Shown here: positions 46,301 to 60,484 of the stretch, one piece after another
Layout: each line of letters begins with the position of its first letter
Position numbering within the stretch: the stretch's first letter is position 1
Origin: Oikopleura dioica
Taxonomy: Eukaryota; Animalia; Chordata
NCBI GenBank assembly: GCA_907165135.1
Contig: OU015567.1
Coordinates: forward strand, 1,860,001-1,924,000
DNA: 64,000 nt
Direction: 5' to 3'
Notes under the pieces: generated by a model
The model's input: only the letters and a program-made list of their open reading frames with translations
What the model was told of the DNA's origin: nothing
The model's database searches: none
Position numbers and translations under genes: made by a program

Positions 46301-47980
46301 CTAAATATCTGTACAGGCATAACGGTGAATCCACGAAAATGAACTGTTCTCGTCGGCGAGTTTTTCGCAGCAGGCATCGTCGATCTCCTCGCAAATATTG
46401 AAAAAGGGAATCATTTCTAGAACCGTTTCTTTGTAAAGTCGGTCCCAGACTTGGGTGAAATTTCCGTATTGAACTCGAACATCGGTTTTTCGCGAAGTTC
46501 CTGAATCAAATTATTTTCAGCGAACTTTTTGAAAAGCGCTACCTTTTGAACTGTTTAAACAATGTTTGATTGGCTTATCAAGACAAGGGAATCCCTTTTC
46601 TTCTTCTTTGTAAAATTGAAAATGCTCCTTGTCAACTTCGAGAAAGTCCAGCAGCTTTCCCCACTCATGATTTGGGTTTTGAACGAGATTTTCGCCGTCG
46701 ACAAGGTGAAAGTTTTTAGCGCCAACGATGTCCACAAAGGGTTTGCATTGATTTGCGTAGTCAGCGAAACCCATGGGCAGGTCGTGTTCTTTGATTTGCT
46801 TTTGCTTTTCGGTGAATGCTTCAAACGCCTAGATTTTTTTTATCAAGAATTTCGAGAGAAATCGATGAGCCTTACTTCTTCGATTGTTCCCTTGAGACAA
46901 CCCTTGGTTCCGCATTTCTTCCCTTGGCTTTTCATTTGCTCCGTTCTTCGCTCTTTCATCCTACAAAAACCTTTAATCATCTCCCTCCATTCTGTCCACT
47001 CACGAGAGCTGGGAGTACGCTCTTTTAACCGGATCGCAAGCAATGCCAATAATCTTCACTTTCGGGTTCAGGGCCTTCATCGCCTTAGCTCGCTTGATTC
47101 TCACTTCTGTGCTTCCGCCGCCACTGTATTGCGGAGATTTTTCAATGAGAATTTCGTCGTCTGCTGCTAAGGGAACTCTGCGCATGTAGTCTTCTTTGAT
47201 ATCTTTCAACTCGTATTGCATATTTTTGAAATCAACGTCGCTCATGAAATCCGGATTCGGAAAACTTTCTGTCTTTTCGATGATCCGGTCGACGATTTTG
47301 TCCGTTGAGAAAAACTTTGGCTCGGATGTTCGAAAAGTAACTTGAAGGATGTGATGAAGAGGAATGAAAGAAGAGAGAGCTTACTTGAAGGATGGCAGTC
47401 GAGAAAGTCGAGGGAGCCAGTTCCACACTTGGCGAATCCGATTCCAATCACATCTGGGACTCTTTTTTGCAGCTTCTTTGTCGACTGAAATCATTATTAT
47501 TTTATCTTAATATTTTTCTCTTTCTTTTACCTTTCGAATTGTCATTGGACAAGCATGATCCAACACACTTCCATTAAAATAAGCAGCATCCCTTCCAGCC
47601 TCTCTCAGGACATCAGTGATGACCAGATTCGATTTGACTCCTGCAAAGTCTTCTGGAGGAACATTCATCAAAATGTAATTTCGGAGACTTTCCAGGTCGT
47701 CGCCTGTGAGATTTTGTTTGACGCCTCCATAAGTTACTTCAATCGAAGGCTGACTTGAAGAAGCGGAAAAGATGCTTTTGCGGATGAAGAGATCGCGTTT
47801 GACTTGAATAAGGCTTTCCTAGAGTTTTTCATGAGTTTTCATGAATATCAGAGGTTTTCCCTTTGATATTCAAAGTTTAAGGATATCCCGAAAAAACGCA
47901 CACCTGTGCGAAAATTGCATATTCAATAAAATTTGAAATTTGCTCGCAATAAAAAAGGCTCAAATCTGCCCAACGGCATA
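46301..47980 (-). CDS. Heparan-sulfate 3-O-sulfotransferase-like sulfotransferase
   Basis: IGIGFAKCGTGSL (5'-PSB), EPKFF, IEKSPQY, DPVKRAYS (3'-PB), VDGENLV, KGFPC...CL..SKG. The start is uncertain. Confidence 0.85.
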
Positions 47981-50243
47981 AAGAAAACATAAGCCACTCC
48001 GACCACTAGAATAAACCGGCTCAAACCGAGGGCAAACTTTCTCCTTTGAAAAAGATCTCGAATATTTAAAACTCCATTCCTGATAACAATAAATAGCACC
48101 AAAAGGATTAAGGCAGGTCTTCTTTTTGCACCAGATAAATCTAAAAAAAAATTATTAAAAAATATATTTTTGAAATTTTTTTTCGGTGAAAAGTAATTTT
48201 CGAAGATTTTTTTTTTCTATTTTATATTTGAAATAAATTCTTAATAATTTTGTACGTACATCTTTTACTTATTATATCTTTTCCCTCTAAATTGAGCTTC
48301 TTAATAATTTTCGGTCTGGATTGCCCATCTTCTCCAAGCAAGTTTTCATTTTCATCATTATCCGCCATCTCGTTTCTCTATCTCCTCTGATCCGAAAATA
48401 AGCCGCCTTGGACAAAGTTTGTTTACTAGTAGTCTTCTCGCAATATTTTTGCTCTCTACGTCTGCCCTGACATTTTGGGAGGATATCTCCAGGCTTAGGC
48501 ACGATTCTCAGCCAAGATTCTTTCAAAACTTCGCCACAATGGAACTTTCTGTCGCTTTTTCTCTTGAAATAAAGACACGATGCGTAACCCGGCGCAAGAA
48601 ATTATTGAGAAATTGCCGCGGGGTATTTAGGTATTTTCAATACGCACAAATATAGACCAGGAAATTCCGGTCGTTATGTAACAAGGTCACTTTCATCGTA
48701 AAAAATCGTCGCGGTAGTTTGCTATTTGATCAATTGACAATTGATGAATCATTGTTCAACTAAGGCACATAAGTGGCAATGCCATTGTTCTTTAGGCTTT
48801 CATTGTATATTTTTTATATTTTAAAGAAAAGGGCAGTTTGTTGATTATTGCGAAGTTTTGGAGTTTGAAGAGATTCCAGTCAGTTTTCTCATCCTCTCGG
48901 CTACTTGACGTCTGGTAGACAGCGCTCTTGATACCTTGTTCAAATCCTTTTAAGTTTGCTTTAGCGCTAGAATTTCTTTGAGCGAGTCCTGTGTGTGACG
49001 ATATCAGACTGAATCGACAAGCTTTTTGGTCGGGGAATGCCGGATAGTCGTCGTTTTTCGTCGAGATATTCTACTTTTTGAACTCGAAAAGATGTTTCAT
49101 TCGAATCTAAAATTTTTTCTCAACTTGAAACTCAAACAAGAAAATCAAACCTCTTGGGGAGCAGCTAGTTGAAGCTCGTTGATTCAGATTCACAACGAAT
49201 TCTCTTGAGATTCCATTTTCTTGCTGAATAGAGAATGTCAAGAACGGTGATTTCTTTTCAGCAGCCTTTGTGGTTAACAACTTCCTTACCTTGCGACGGA
49301 ACTTGTCTTTTTTCCTGCCGAGTTTACTCTAGAATGAGTGTCTTACCACTGGTGAATGAATAATTGAGACCTGAATTGCCCCAGTCCACTCGATACTGGG
49401 GTCGGCGAGGAGTGAAAGGCACCAGAAAAGCGACCGCATTAAAAGAAAGTCCGTGCAGATTATCAGAAGAACATGGATTCTTTGTTTTTTGGTTGAATTC
49501 AATCGACTCGGAGCCTTTCAGATCGTGTCTTTCTTTCAATAATTTTCCCAATTTAATTTTTTTTTAAACAAAAATTTCGGGAAGGTGTCTGGAACAAACG
49601 AAAAATTCGAAAAATTTTGCGACAAAATTTTAACCAATCAGAAGCCCGGATTCGGCTCAACGGCCAATCAGCACCCGTGAAGCCGCCCACGCAGAATTTT
49701 TCAAAATTTTTTGGTGACCATGATTTTCAACATTTCCTATATCTTCTAAGAATGGCTTCGACTGTATTATAATTCATAAAGTCATAGAAAACTAAACGCT
49801 TTTATCGAAAATTAATCAAAACAAAAACCTACTGTGCATAAACATTCCATAATTTTTGCCCAAAACAATTGCTGCCATAATCAAATACGTGAAGAATTTT
49901 TTCAGCTTCTTTTGCATTCAATTATCTCTTGTTCTTTTTTCAGCCTCTTTCAATTTTTATTTCTCGTTCACTTTAGTTTCTTCTTTCGGGATAGTTGATA
50001 GACACATGGCTTGAATCTCCATGTCCAGTGCGCTTAAAATATTCATATAAAGGGTTGAATATTTTATGGAAAAAGTAGCAGCACTCAATCACAAAGCTTC
50101 TAGTTCGAGTCATGGACTTATATGAGCTTTCAAACTTATAGAATTAGCTCTGAGTACGTTTAATTAAAAAGAAAAAGCGAAGGTATGTAATTGAAAGTGT
50201 TTATTCACATAATTACAGTGCAAAACAGTAGCAGCAAGACATA

Positions 50244-52230
50244 TTATGCCGACAACAGCTCATTCCCCGTCTCATCCACTACTTTTTCTTCGACCAAATA
50301 TTTTTCTTCTTCAAGATTTTCTTCATCTTTTATTGCTTCTTTTCCTGATTTTTTCTTCTTGGCGACGAATAGAACCACTCCACTGATAAGCGCGATGCTT
50401 AAAAAGCTGGAAAGCAGATATGTTGATGATCCAGAATTATCTTCAACAGTTATTGACTTTGAGATTTATAGATTTCTTACTTTCAAAGATTTCTAAATAA
50501 GAATTTGTCGGGAAAGAGCATTGGCAAGGGTCATCCACTTCACGTTTTGGTCGGTAGACCGGGACAGCTGTTGAACTTGAATTTTCATCGTCCGAATAAA
50601 TGTAGTAGTCCTCATTGTAGTCATAGTCAACCTCATGGTTATTGCAACCAGGACAGGGTAGGAACTCGAGCCAATGACCTTCGCATGAACTAAGAGCGCT
50701 AGGAAAAAAAGAGTCATGATTTTTTCATCTCATCTCAATATTATCTCTAAATTCAAGAGCTTACCCTTCTTGGTCCGTCATGCAAGTCCGAGTTCGTTGT
50801 GTAAAAACACTGTCATTGTCACAATAGCCAGGCTTAGACCACTCTGACCAAGAACCAGGAATTGCTGATGATCGGGAAGAGGAGCAACTCATGTAGACTT
50901 CTGATTTGCCGTGAATACAACTTCCTCCGTGAATTCGATAATTTTTGATTTTGCACTAGAATCTTTGCTTAAGGATATACCCGATAAAATTGAACTTTCA
51001 TAGCGTCGAAATGCGACGTAGGATCATTTATATTTCAAAAGCAATTCTACGTTAAAATGCACGTAGAACTCAAATCTGGTACTTCTTTATATTTTCTCAC
51101 TTGAATTTTTCTCTTTAGAGCGATTTCAAATCTTACTCTCTCGATTACTCGAAATTTTTTGTATAAATCGGTCGAGATTTTTCGATAGATAAGTTCTTTA
51201 GACAGTTATCTACAATTTTGATGGTTTACTTTTCGTTAATTCCGAAGAAAACGGATTCTAGAGCCATTTCATTGAGGGCTACTCAACGCGTAAAAGCTCT
51301 ACAAAGCGGCGCGCTGGGAGCTCACTCACTCGACTCCTCTTTTCCGAGAGAAAGTGCGTGGTTGAGCGCACCGCTCTGATTGGTAGCACGCGAAAAAACG
51401 CGCAGAGAAGAAAATCACTAGAATGGAAATTCGATCGAGTTTAAGAATTTGATCCCATCAATTTTGTAGCTTAGCATCATTGCAATACAGAATACTGTTC
51501 AGTTTTAGCGATTTAGTGGAAAAATTTCGAGCAATCGAGAGAGTTCGTTTTCAAATCGCTCTAGAGAGGAAAATTCTAATGAAAATATCTAAAAAAGTAC
51601 CAGAATTGAATTCTACGCACAATTTTAAGTAGGATTGCTTTTGAAATAAAAATGATCCGACTTCGTATTTAGGCGCTATGAAAGTTCAATTTTATCGGGT
51701 ATATCCTTAAAAATTCATCGTTGAAATCAACAAGGACTCACCTCATCCAAACTTGAAGCATCGCCACAATCAGAGCCGGACATTGAATATTCCAAATCAC
51801 AACTATTTGTTGTTTCTGTTGCATTTCCTGGATAGTTATCTCGTGTTCCAATAAATTCTGCATTGTCAAAGCCTAGATTTTGGCAAAGAAGATCGGCGAA
51901 TGTTTGGTCAAAGGGATGAGTCGATGAACCTTGGCAAACAAGACCCCAGTGCGGAGGATCTCCGAAGCCGAAATCGTAGCCGCCGAAAAGAAGACCTAAA
52001 ATGTTCTAGAGATGGATGTTTTCGAAAACCATTATTTTACTTTAATAGTTCAGAAGTTTTAATGATTTTCAGATTCAAATAACTATGAAACACAAGTTTA
52101 ACCAAATGTACCAAATAAAGGATGCAGAGAAATTCAAAATTATTAATGCAAAAGCATAGAAATCTATAAATTAGAGCCAATTCCTACCCGAGTCAGCATT
52201 TTGAAGTCGAAATCTAGGTTTCCCCTCCAT
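50244..52230 (-). CDS. Membrane protein with SRCR-like and TSP1 domains
   Basis: WGLVCQ..FDQTFADLLCQNLGF (SRCR), GSWSEWS..C...QRTRTC (TSP1), TM LLSSFLSIALISGVVLFVA followed by KKKK. Confidence 0.75.
50973..51706. mobile_element. Kolobok-type long-TIR MITE in an intron
   Basis: TTAA|GGATATACCCGATAAAATTGAACTTTCATAGCG...CGCTATGAAAGTTCAATTTTATCGGGTATATCC|TTAA. Confidence 0.92.
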
Positions 52231-54388
52231 TTTCTTCTTTTTCAATCTAAGAAGATCAATTGAAAATTCTCATAATTTTATTTCTCTGACTAATTTTTCG
52301 TCGTCCTCTTCTTTTTTGTTGACTGGCGTCGTAAATCGCGGAGGCGCACTGAAATACCCTTTTGTTTTACTTCACAAATAACGGACTCGCAAAATTGAAA
52401 CACCTTATTTCTTACCGATTCCAAATATGACGCCCGTCCTTTTATTTTCAAAAGAACTCGTGATTCAGCGCGTTGATTCGTCTCTTTTTATACTTGATAT
52501 AAAAAAGAGAGAGTGAATATTTGTTGATGGAATGAAAAAAGTCGATATGAGTCGCTGATTCCGGTCATTAAATTGATTGAAAAGGCCAACTTGCTCGACA
52601 CTGGAATAAATGATGATTGGGTTTTAGATCGACTCAAGGGCAAGTTGTATTCTGCTGACCGAAGTCATTTTATTTAGAATTTCCGCATATTTTTATAAAA
52701 TTCTACTACAAAAGCGGGAGACGGAAGATTTGGCGATTGGTGGACGAACAAAAAATTCGACTCCGGGTTAAATTTCTGCAGAGCTGCTCAGTGAGCGGCG
52801 TAATTTACCATCGTGCGACATAACTCTGAGGGAAATTAGGTGCCTTACGTGCAGTCGATTCAGAATTTGTAAAGTGCATCTCCCCGGGGCAGCTTCACGA
52901 TGATCAGCGCCAACAAAAAAGGGTCCCAAACAAACCACCACCACGTTACTGAACTACCACTTCACTACCTTTAATTTTCTAATTTTCTGTTTTCTAAATC
53001 ATCATCAAAAATCTTAAAAAAGAGCAAAAAAAAAACTAAGAGAAAAGAAAATCTTCTGAGCTGGAAATCCTAGATATGCAGCGTGCGGCACACCCTTAAT
53101 TGAATAAGGAACGCGAGAGGGAAAGAGAGGGGGTAGAGATTAGGTTTTATCGGAGATTAACTTTTATCGAGCTTTTCTTGTTTTGGGTTGTATAAAAATG
53201 AAAAACAAAACAACCAAATTTTAATAAAGAATCTGAGTCGAAAGGAAATCTGACAGGGCTGGAAGCTGCGCGCGGCTTTTTGAGTTTTTGCCGAAGTTTT
53301 TCTTTTAGGGAGAAGTTCTACCAAGTATTGATAACGATCAGTTTTATTAGTGGAAATTAGTTTTGAGGGTTTTTGGTAAGAGAACGGGAAGATTATCCAC
53401 TCTTCCGAGCGCGTGATCCGGATTAGTAGAAGAATAAAGTTTTAATCGGAAGAAAAGAGAGAGAGAATGCTTGTCCCCCTTTTCTCCTTTTTTTCTTTGG
53501 AATCGAGAAATTCAAAATTCGAGGTTTTGATCTTCTAAAATAAAGAAATTGAAGAGCGCCTAAAATCACAAGAAAAAAGAGAAACTCTAAATTTTTGAAA
53601 GGAAGATGGAGCCAAGTGGGTAATTAGCCGCGACGCATTCCACACGTCAGATTTACTCACGTGACGTTCATGTGCAAAAAATTCCAGAGAAATGCCCATT
53701 CGAAGCGATTTTTCCTCCTTGAAGATATGGAGAATTTCCGAGCGAATTTTATCAACCCCTTTTCGACCCTCTTTTTAACCGCTTCTTGAGAGCGATTTTT
53801 TATTTTGGCAACTTCTTGCTGACAAGTTGCCGAGTCAAAAAAAAAACTTGATGATAAGGTGCGCTCGGCGGGATACTGGCGGGTGATGCTGCTGATATTG
53901 ATGATAAATTTCGTTTTGCCCTTTTTCGAACCGGGTATTTGATGTTACATAATTTAAAAAATACGAAAAGAGAGCCAGAGAGATAGAAATAATCTGAGAT
54001 GAAAAAAGTGTAGGAACAAGTGGTTAAAAATATTTTGACAAAGTTTTGGAAATATTACAAGAATGGGATATTTTATATAAATAGTGTCGCTTTGATAAAA
54101 ATCCCGTTTTCGACGCGATACCCTTAATCTGGACTTGGAAACCGTAAATCAAGGAAAAAAGAATACTTTTCGATTCAACGTTTTTCTTTTCTTTTGGATA
54201 ATCAAATATTTATAGAAAAGCAAAAAGTCGAATTCCGCTACTACTTTTCTGAGACCTCTATTTTTAGAGGTGTCAAGCAATGATGATGTAAAAATATGAT
54301 AATTCCCCGTTTAGAATGTAAATTGACCAAATGCCGATTCAAAAAGTAGCTCAGGGAGTTGAAATTAGCTGATCCCGCTAATTCAAAA

Positions 54389-57300
54389 ATGGGACATGCT
54401 CAGTCCAAGCGCAAGAAACAACGCCAGGTACGCCCTTAATCCGCCTTTACATTGATTCTTCAACAAAGTCAAATGATTATTAAAAGGGTCGAGCTCGCCG
54501 AAGAATCGAACACGTGACACATGAGCAAACACGCTACTCTCTACAGAATCAGGAAAATCAGACTTCCAGAACTGAATTACAGCGAAATGAAAGGTAAAAA
54601 ATTGCAGTTAGGACGAGTGGGAAAGTTTTGTTCTTCCACTGCGGAAAGGAGTAACTTTATCTCCGTCCGATTATGCGGCGCCTCAAGGTTGACATAAAGC
54701 AACACTTTATTTAGAAAGCTGCATAAATATATAGCTAACAAATTGTTTCGAAAATAAGAGGATTAAAATAACGACAAGCTTAGTTTTAAATTTACCGGTT
54801 TGTAGAAAAGCGATTTTTATTAAATAAAAGTAATTTATTTAAATAATAAATAATTTATTTAATTTTTATATAATTAAAAAAAAGGTTCAACAAACTCAAA
54901 AATGCGTATTTTTAGTAGTAAAAAATGCTTTATAAAATATTTTTTCAAGGTAAAATCTCTTTTCAGAAGATCTGCTGGAAAATCTGGAAGATGGAGAGAA
55001 CCGAGTCCGGAGAAAATCGACACACTTGAACGGCGCCAGCGCGAAGCTGTAAATAGAACGAAGCGTAATCGCAGTCATTCAAGAGATTCTAGAGGAAGAA
55101 GTCCTAAACGTCATTCCAGATCCGTAAGTTTCTAATTTTTTATGAAAATTGTCTGATAGACAGTCTAATAGACAAAAAACCCTTAATGAAAATTTCTCTT
55201 GGTAGAATATTATGTAAGAGCATGTAAAATGTCAGACGAAGCAGAAATCTGTGCGGGAGAGGGTCGGTTTGCTGCGGTTTTAGCGCCGCGTGAAATCGTT
55301 GATCCGCGATTAGCTGATGATATCAATGTCCGAAATAATCTTCCCTTGGGCATCCGGGCATAATCCCTGCTTGAATATTTTTCCCCAATTGATATATATT
55401 TTTTAAACCGGGAGGAATTGGAATTTCGAATTTGACAAAATGTAAATTGAAAATTTGAAAATTAAGAACCTCGAAAATTCAAAAACGCAGCTGCAACCAC
55501 AGAAAATGTCGAGCGAGAAATTTCAGACTTTGGCGCAGCGGAATTCGGAAGCGCAACGAGGACGGAATTGTAAGTACATGGCGCGAAACATAAGTTAACA
55601 TTCCTCAGTTTCGAGAAGATCTGGAACTTGGTTTTGCGTTGTTCGTTGTCGCTCGGAGCCGCCCTTAGATCGGCAAAGTAAGGTCAATCTCAGAGCGCCG
55701 AGAAAATCAGCGAGTGCTAGTCCGCCGAGAAAAGTGAGAAGGGAACTTGAATTGGCGCCGTTTTATCAAAATGGATTGAAGGTAAGCAATCATTTTTCAG
55801 GCTTTGTTAGTTTTCCCCTAACCCTAAGTCTGACTCTCATCCTAACCCTAACCCTGATTTTAGCCTTTTGAAAGCCAAAAACAACAGTTCAAAAAACCGT
55901 CGAATGTGGTACAGAATCATCCGCGAAAAAGCGCGGAATCCTCCGCGACAGCCGTTCCCGCTAGAATGACAAATTATCGGGAAGAAGAAGGCTTAGCGAG
56001 GGTAGATCGCTCATTTCAACCGCGAGACGGGACAGAAAACGTGATCAGCGCGGCGCAGCACGACGAAATTGGCATTTCCTTCGAACAGGTACCAATTTTT
56101 ACAAAATTTAAAAAAGAGAGCTCATTGCGTTCCGTTTTGCCAACTAATTGCCTTTACCAGGTGGAGCCGAAACTCTTTCGATTATTCGGAAGCTCGGCGA
56201 AGAGCGGCCCCATTCCTCAAACAAACAGAGTGGCTCCACGTGCACTTCGGCGCAGCTTTCCAAATCTTACCTCCCAAACGAGCCGGAAGGAGCACGACCT
56301 CAAGCCAAAGCAAAATTTCATCTCTCGAACAGCAAAAGACAAATCAGGTAAACGTCAAATTAAGGGTATCACTTTGTTAAAGTCGTTCGATTTAAGTTTC
56401 CGAAACACGTCTTCAAAAACTCGCCGCTCAGCATTTTCCAAAACCGCCAATTCCTCCTCGAAAACAGAAGCTTTCTGAGCTCGCGCACTTAGTCCAACAG
56501 ACATCGTAAGGCTCTCCTTTTTGAATCACCCCCTTATTTCTCTTCCAGACCAAAACTGACCAAACACGAGCCCGCCTATCAGCAGCAAGCAAACATAAAC
56601 CACAACAACCAAAATCACAATTACGGCAGCGTGGAGACCCTTAATTCTCTCTCAAGTCAAAGTGGAAGCTATCACTTGCCGTCGAGCGCGAATTTCTCGA
56701 CTCTACCGGATCGTTCTCTTGCAGAAAGTCCTCATGCAGTGCATCTCTCGGATTCGGCAAAGATTTCAGCGTACTCAGATGATTCTGAAGAAGGCGATGA
56801 TGATGATGATGCTCTTCAAAGTATAATACTCTCTATCATCTTTTACTTACAAAAAACTCTAGTTCGAACAATACCTCAAATACCTCCCCTGACAGTAGCT
56901 GAGAAAAATAACGATCCAGGAGAATCCAGATACAGTCCGGAAATTGGGAGAAAGAATTTATTGTGGTCCAATCCGGCACCTTTTGGATCTCAGCCACTTC
57001 AAAGAGGTATTTCAAAAAACCATAATACCTGTATAAATTGGATATTTCCTAATTTTTTTTAATGTTGGCAATTTGACAATTCAATTGATGTAAATACATC
57101 AATTTGTAATTACAAGCTTAATGTTTAGCAATTACCATTCTAGTGATTCGATCAGTCCAAGCTCCCATTCAAAAGCCTCAAAATCTTCACTGGCCGCCAG
57201 TCAACGAATTCAAGCCAGTTCAAAAATTTACCCCCGCTGGACGCTACCAGAAAAACAGCATAAACTCACCTCCTCCAGTTCCACTTCGGCCGCCTCAAAT

Positions 57301-57949
57301 CAATCATCAACGAAACGGTCTTCATGAATTTTCTGTCTCACCCGAACGATTAAGGCCATCTACTGTGGCAAGAGAAAGGCCAAGATCGGAGGTGCAAGAT
57401 CGTGTGTATAAGGATATTATATTCGATAACACGGAAAGATCTTCAAATCTGGTAAGTTCTTCTTTCATTCCTAGACCGCTATTTTTAGCCCATGATCTCA
57501 CCTCAGTGGTTATTTTCAGATTAAATCAGGCCTTCCGAAAACGCTACGTCCCTCGATTGAAGATCTCGTTTCCATTTTGGCCGAGCCTATTCCGCCGCGC
57601 AGTAAAAAGTCTCACAGATTCCAAAGCTCGGATTTCCCATCCGAAGAGAATCTGATTAACGAGCTAAAAACGGAGAAAAAACGACCCGGGATCTTGAAAA
57701 ACGCGAACACCCACACTTCTTCAAGAGTCGTCGAAGTGCTCTACCACGAACCGAAATCAAGGAAGACTCCAATTCATCAGGTAAAAATATCCACTCGTTC
57801 GAAATCTCTAGAACTCATAGCAGAACGATTCTTCCCGCTGGAGCGCTCCATACGACCCGCCAATTTTTCTGGGAGAGGATGACTTTGGAAATAACTGGAT
57901 AGACCTCACACAACCTGCTAGAAACTCTTACCTCAATGATGACTATTGA
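54389..57949 (+). CDS. Multi-exon low-complexity Ser/Arg/Pro-rich protein with an N-myristoylation-like start
   Basis: MGHAQSKRKKQRQ followed by a GT donor, a chain of short exons and a stop at 57947-57949 with AATAAA. Confidence 0.55.
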
Positions 57950-58087
57950 AATTATAAATAAACAACGACGAAATGCCTATTTTGTCATTTTTTTATTTCA
58001 GAAATTTGCCGAAAAGTTATGTTTGATCAACTTCATTCTGATTTCATTTGAAGAACTTCTTGGCAGACAAGATTCTATAAATAATAC

Positions 58088-58855
58088 TTACTCTCTTAGA
58101 ATAGCCCTTTTTCTTACCAAAAACTCTCCATAATCAATCTCGCCATCGCCGTTAACATCAACAGCGTCGACCATTGTTTGAACCTGTTTTCGCGTAAGGA
58201 AGTGGCCGTATTTGGTCATCCATTCCTTTCGAAAACATTGACTTTCTCAAAAGGAAAAGAAATAATCACCTTGAGCTCATCTCTTGAAATCGAGCCAGAT
58301 CGGTCCTTGTCTTGTGAAAGGAAAGCGTTTTGGACGCCGTTGACTCCCTTTCTCTTGACCATGATGACCAAAAACTCGGCGAAGGAGAGCTTCTTTTCTT
58401 GGTCGACTTCGATTGTGTCCATGATTGCTTCGAGGAATTTTTCAATCGCGACGGGGTCTTTAGCGAAAAGGTTGTTCAGGGAATCGACAGGGACTGAATT
58501 GCCGAGACTTTGGAAGGCTGCTTTGTTTTCTGAAGAGAATTAAGGAAAATTATTGGCAAAAAACTTTACCAGCATTGCTGAAAGAGTTGAGAATAATATC
58601 CCTCTCGGCGCTTGAAACCTTCAAAACCGAAGCAAATCTTGATGAAAGTCGAAGCGCTGATCGAATTGGCAACATCTTTCGTTTTCTTCTATTTTTTCTC
58701 TTCTTGTCTTAAAAACAAGCTTTTGAGATCTGACCCTTCGACCTCGAGTAACCGCGGGTTCCTCTTCTGGAACTAGGTTACACCCGCAAAGATTTAGCAA
58801 GCTCAGCAAAGTGAGGCGAGCCTTGGTCAGAAGTTACTCCTAGAGGCCTTGGCAT
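58088..58855 (-). CDS. Calmodulin-like EF-hand protein
   Basis: DKDRSGSISRDEL and DVNGDGEIDYGEF loops plus a degenerate DQEKKLSFAEF. Confidence 0.8.
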
Positions 58856-59235
58856 AGCCAGAGGGGCTCTATAAAATTAGAATTCTGAAAAACCTTATAT
58901 AAGTCGTTGATAACTTAAGGTTCTTGACTTGAGCATGAAAATCGAAACTCTCAGTAGAAAAAACTAGCTAGATTTTCGTCTCCCAAGAACTCGTAGTATC
59001 AATGAAGATTGTTTATCATTTATTGAAAATAAAAATGCAGAATGAAAAAGACAGGCTCCACACAGAAATAAAAAAGAAGGTAAAAACTTAAATCGCAACT
59101 GGGTTTTCCGCAATCTTGGGACTCATTTGCTTCCAAAGAGAATAATAATTACAAAGTAAAGAGTCTTAAAGAACTCGAGTACTGAAGTACAGGCTTTGAT
59201 GAAGAATTGGTGGCGGACAATTTAAATTTGATGCA

Positions 59236-60484
59236 TCAGCTTTTTGCGTTTTCACAAGCTTTTTTCGCTTCCTGAAAAAAATGTTAAAAATGCTAAAGAA
59301 ACCAACATCTTTCTCACCTCGTCGGAAATAAATCTGACTAAATGCCTCTTTCTGTCCATTACAGAAGCGCCATTAAAAAACGAAACTTTTTCATCTTTGT
59401 TGTAAGCCTCTTTTGCGCTGACAACGACTTTTTCCGTCCCACTTTTCGGTCGCCAAACGAGCACTTGAGAATTATTCGCCGAGGGTTTTATAAGCGCAGT
59501 TTTCTAAAGTGTTTATATTCCAGAGCCGAAGAAGCAGTACTTACGGGAATGATATTTCCTCCACTTTGGATTGAAGGTTTTTCTTGTTTGACTGGAACAA
59601 GTTTTCCCCGCTCCCCGAGGTCTTTGGTCGGATCTACCTCGATTTTAAGCTTGAATCTCCATCTAAAAATCATTTTTTTTTTCGAGAGCTGAAAAAAAAT
59701 CTAACCTGACAGTTTTAAGCACAATTATCTTTCCAGTGCTTTCATTAACAGCGGCAAGCCACGTGATAAAGCTTTGATCTCTCATAATACTCGTCAAATG
59801 AACATTTTCTCGCTCGGAAACTGGAACGTCCCAGGTTACAGAAGGATGGAAATTGTCGTTCATCCTGACAAGAAACATAAGTTCTCTAACATATGCTCTC
59901 TTTGTTTGAGAGTGGAAATTCTTACTTGACATTCAGCTCGGAGTAGGACGGGCAGGGACCTTTTATCGTGGCGATCTCGGACCCTGATCCATACCAGGGA
60001 TAACTAACTCCGTCGGAATCGGAAACAAAAGCGATCTCGTTTTTTATCAAGGCTGGAATTTCCCAACTTGAGCAGCCCAGCTCTCCGTAAGTGTTGACAA
60101 ACTGCATTTCCGAACAAGCTACAGTAGACGAGTACGTTAAATTATCATGAGAGAAAAATATTCTAACCTTGAATCCATCCGACCGTCCATGTCTCGTTTT
60201 TCATCACTGGAGGAAAAATAACTGTGGCGTCGGCGAGAAAGTATGGTGACTAAACGGTACGTAAGTAGATCGATTTTTCGAAACAAGTTTGACCTTATAT
60301 CGGAGGACGATTTTGGACTCTTCCTTGATTTCAGTCGGTTTGTCTTCAAGCACAGCGGAGAAATTCGTGATGATGATATTCGACTAAAGAATTTTGAAGA
60401 CTTCGTGAATCCAAATTGACATTGAAAAACTGCATTTTATGTTACCTTTTGAACTGGTTTTATTTTGCAGCATTTTGCCCCCAT
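59236..60484 (-). CDS. FAM78: FAM78-family protein (the ORF is open further upstream to about 60805)
   Basis: IVLRYK|SPYF..ETWTVGWIQ|ACSEMQFVNTYGELGCSSWEIP..SDSDGVSYPWYG..MNDNFHPSVTWDVPVS..RDQSFITWL..VLVWRPK. Confidence 0.88.
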
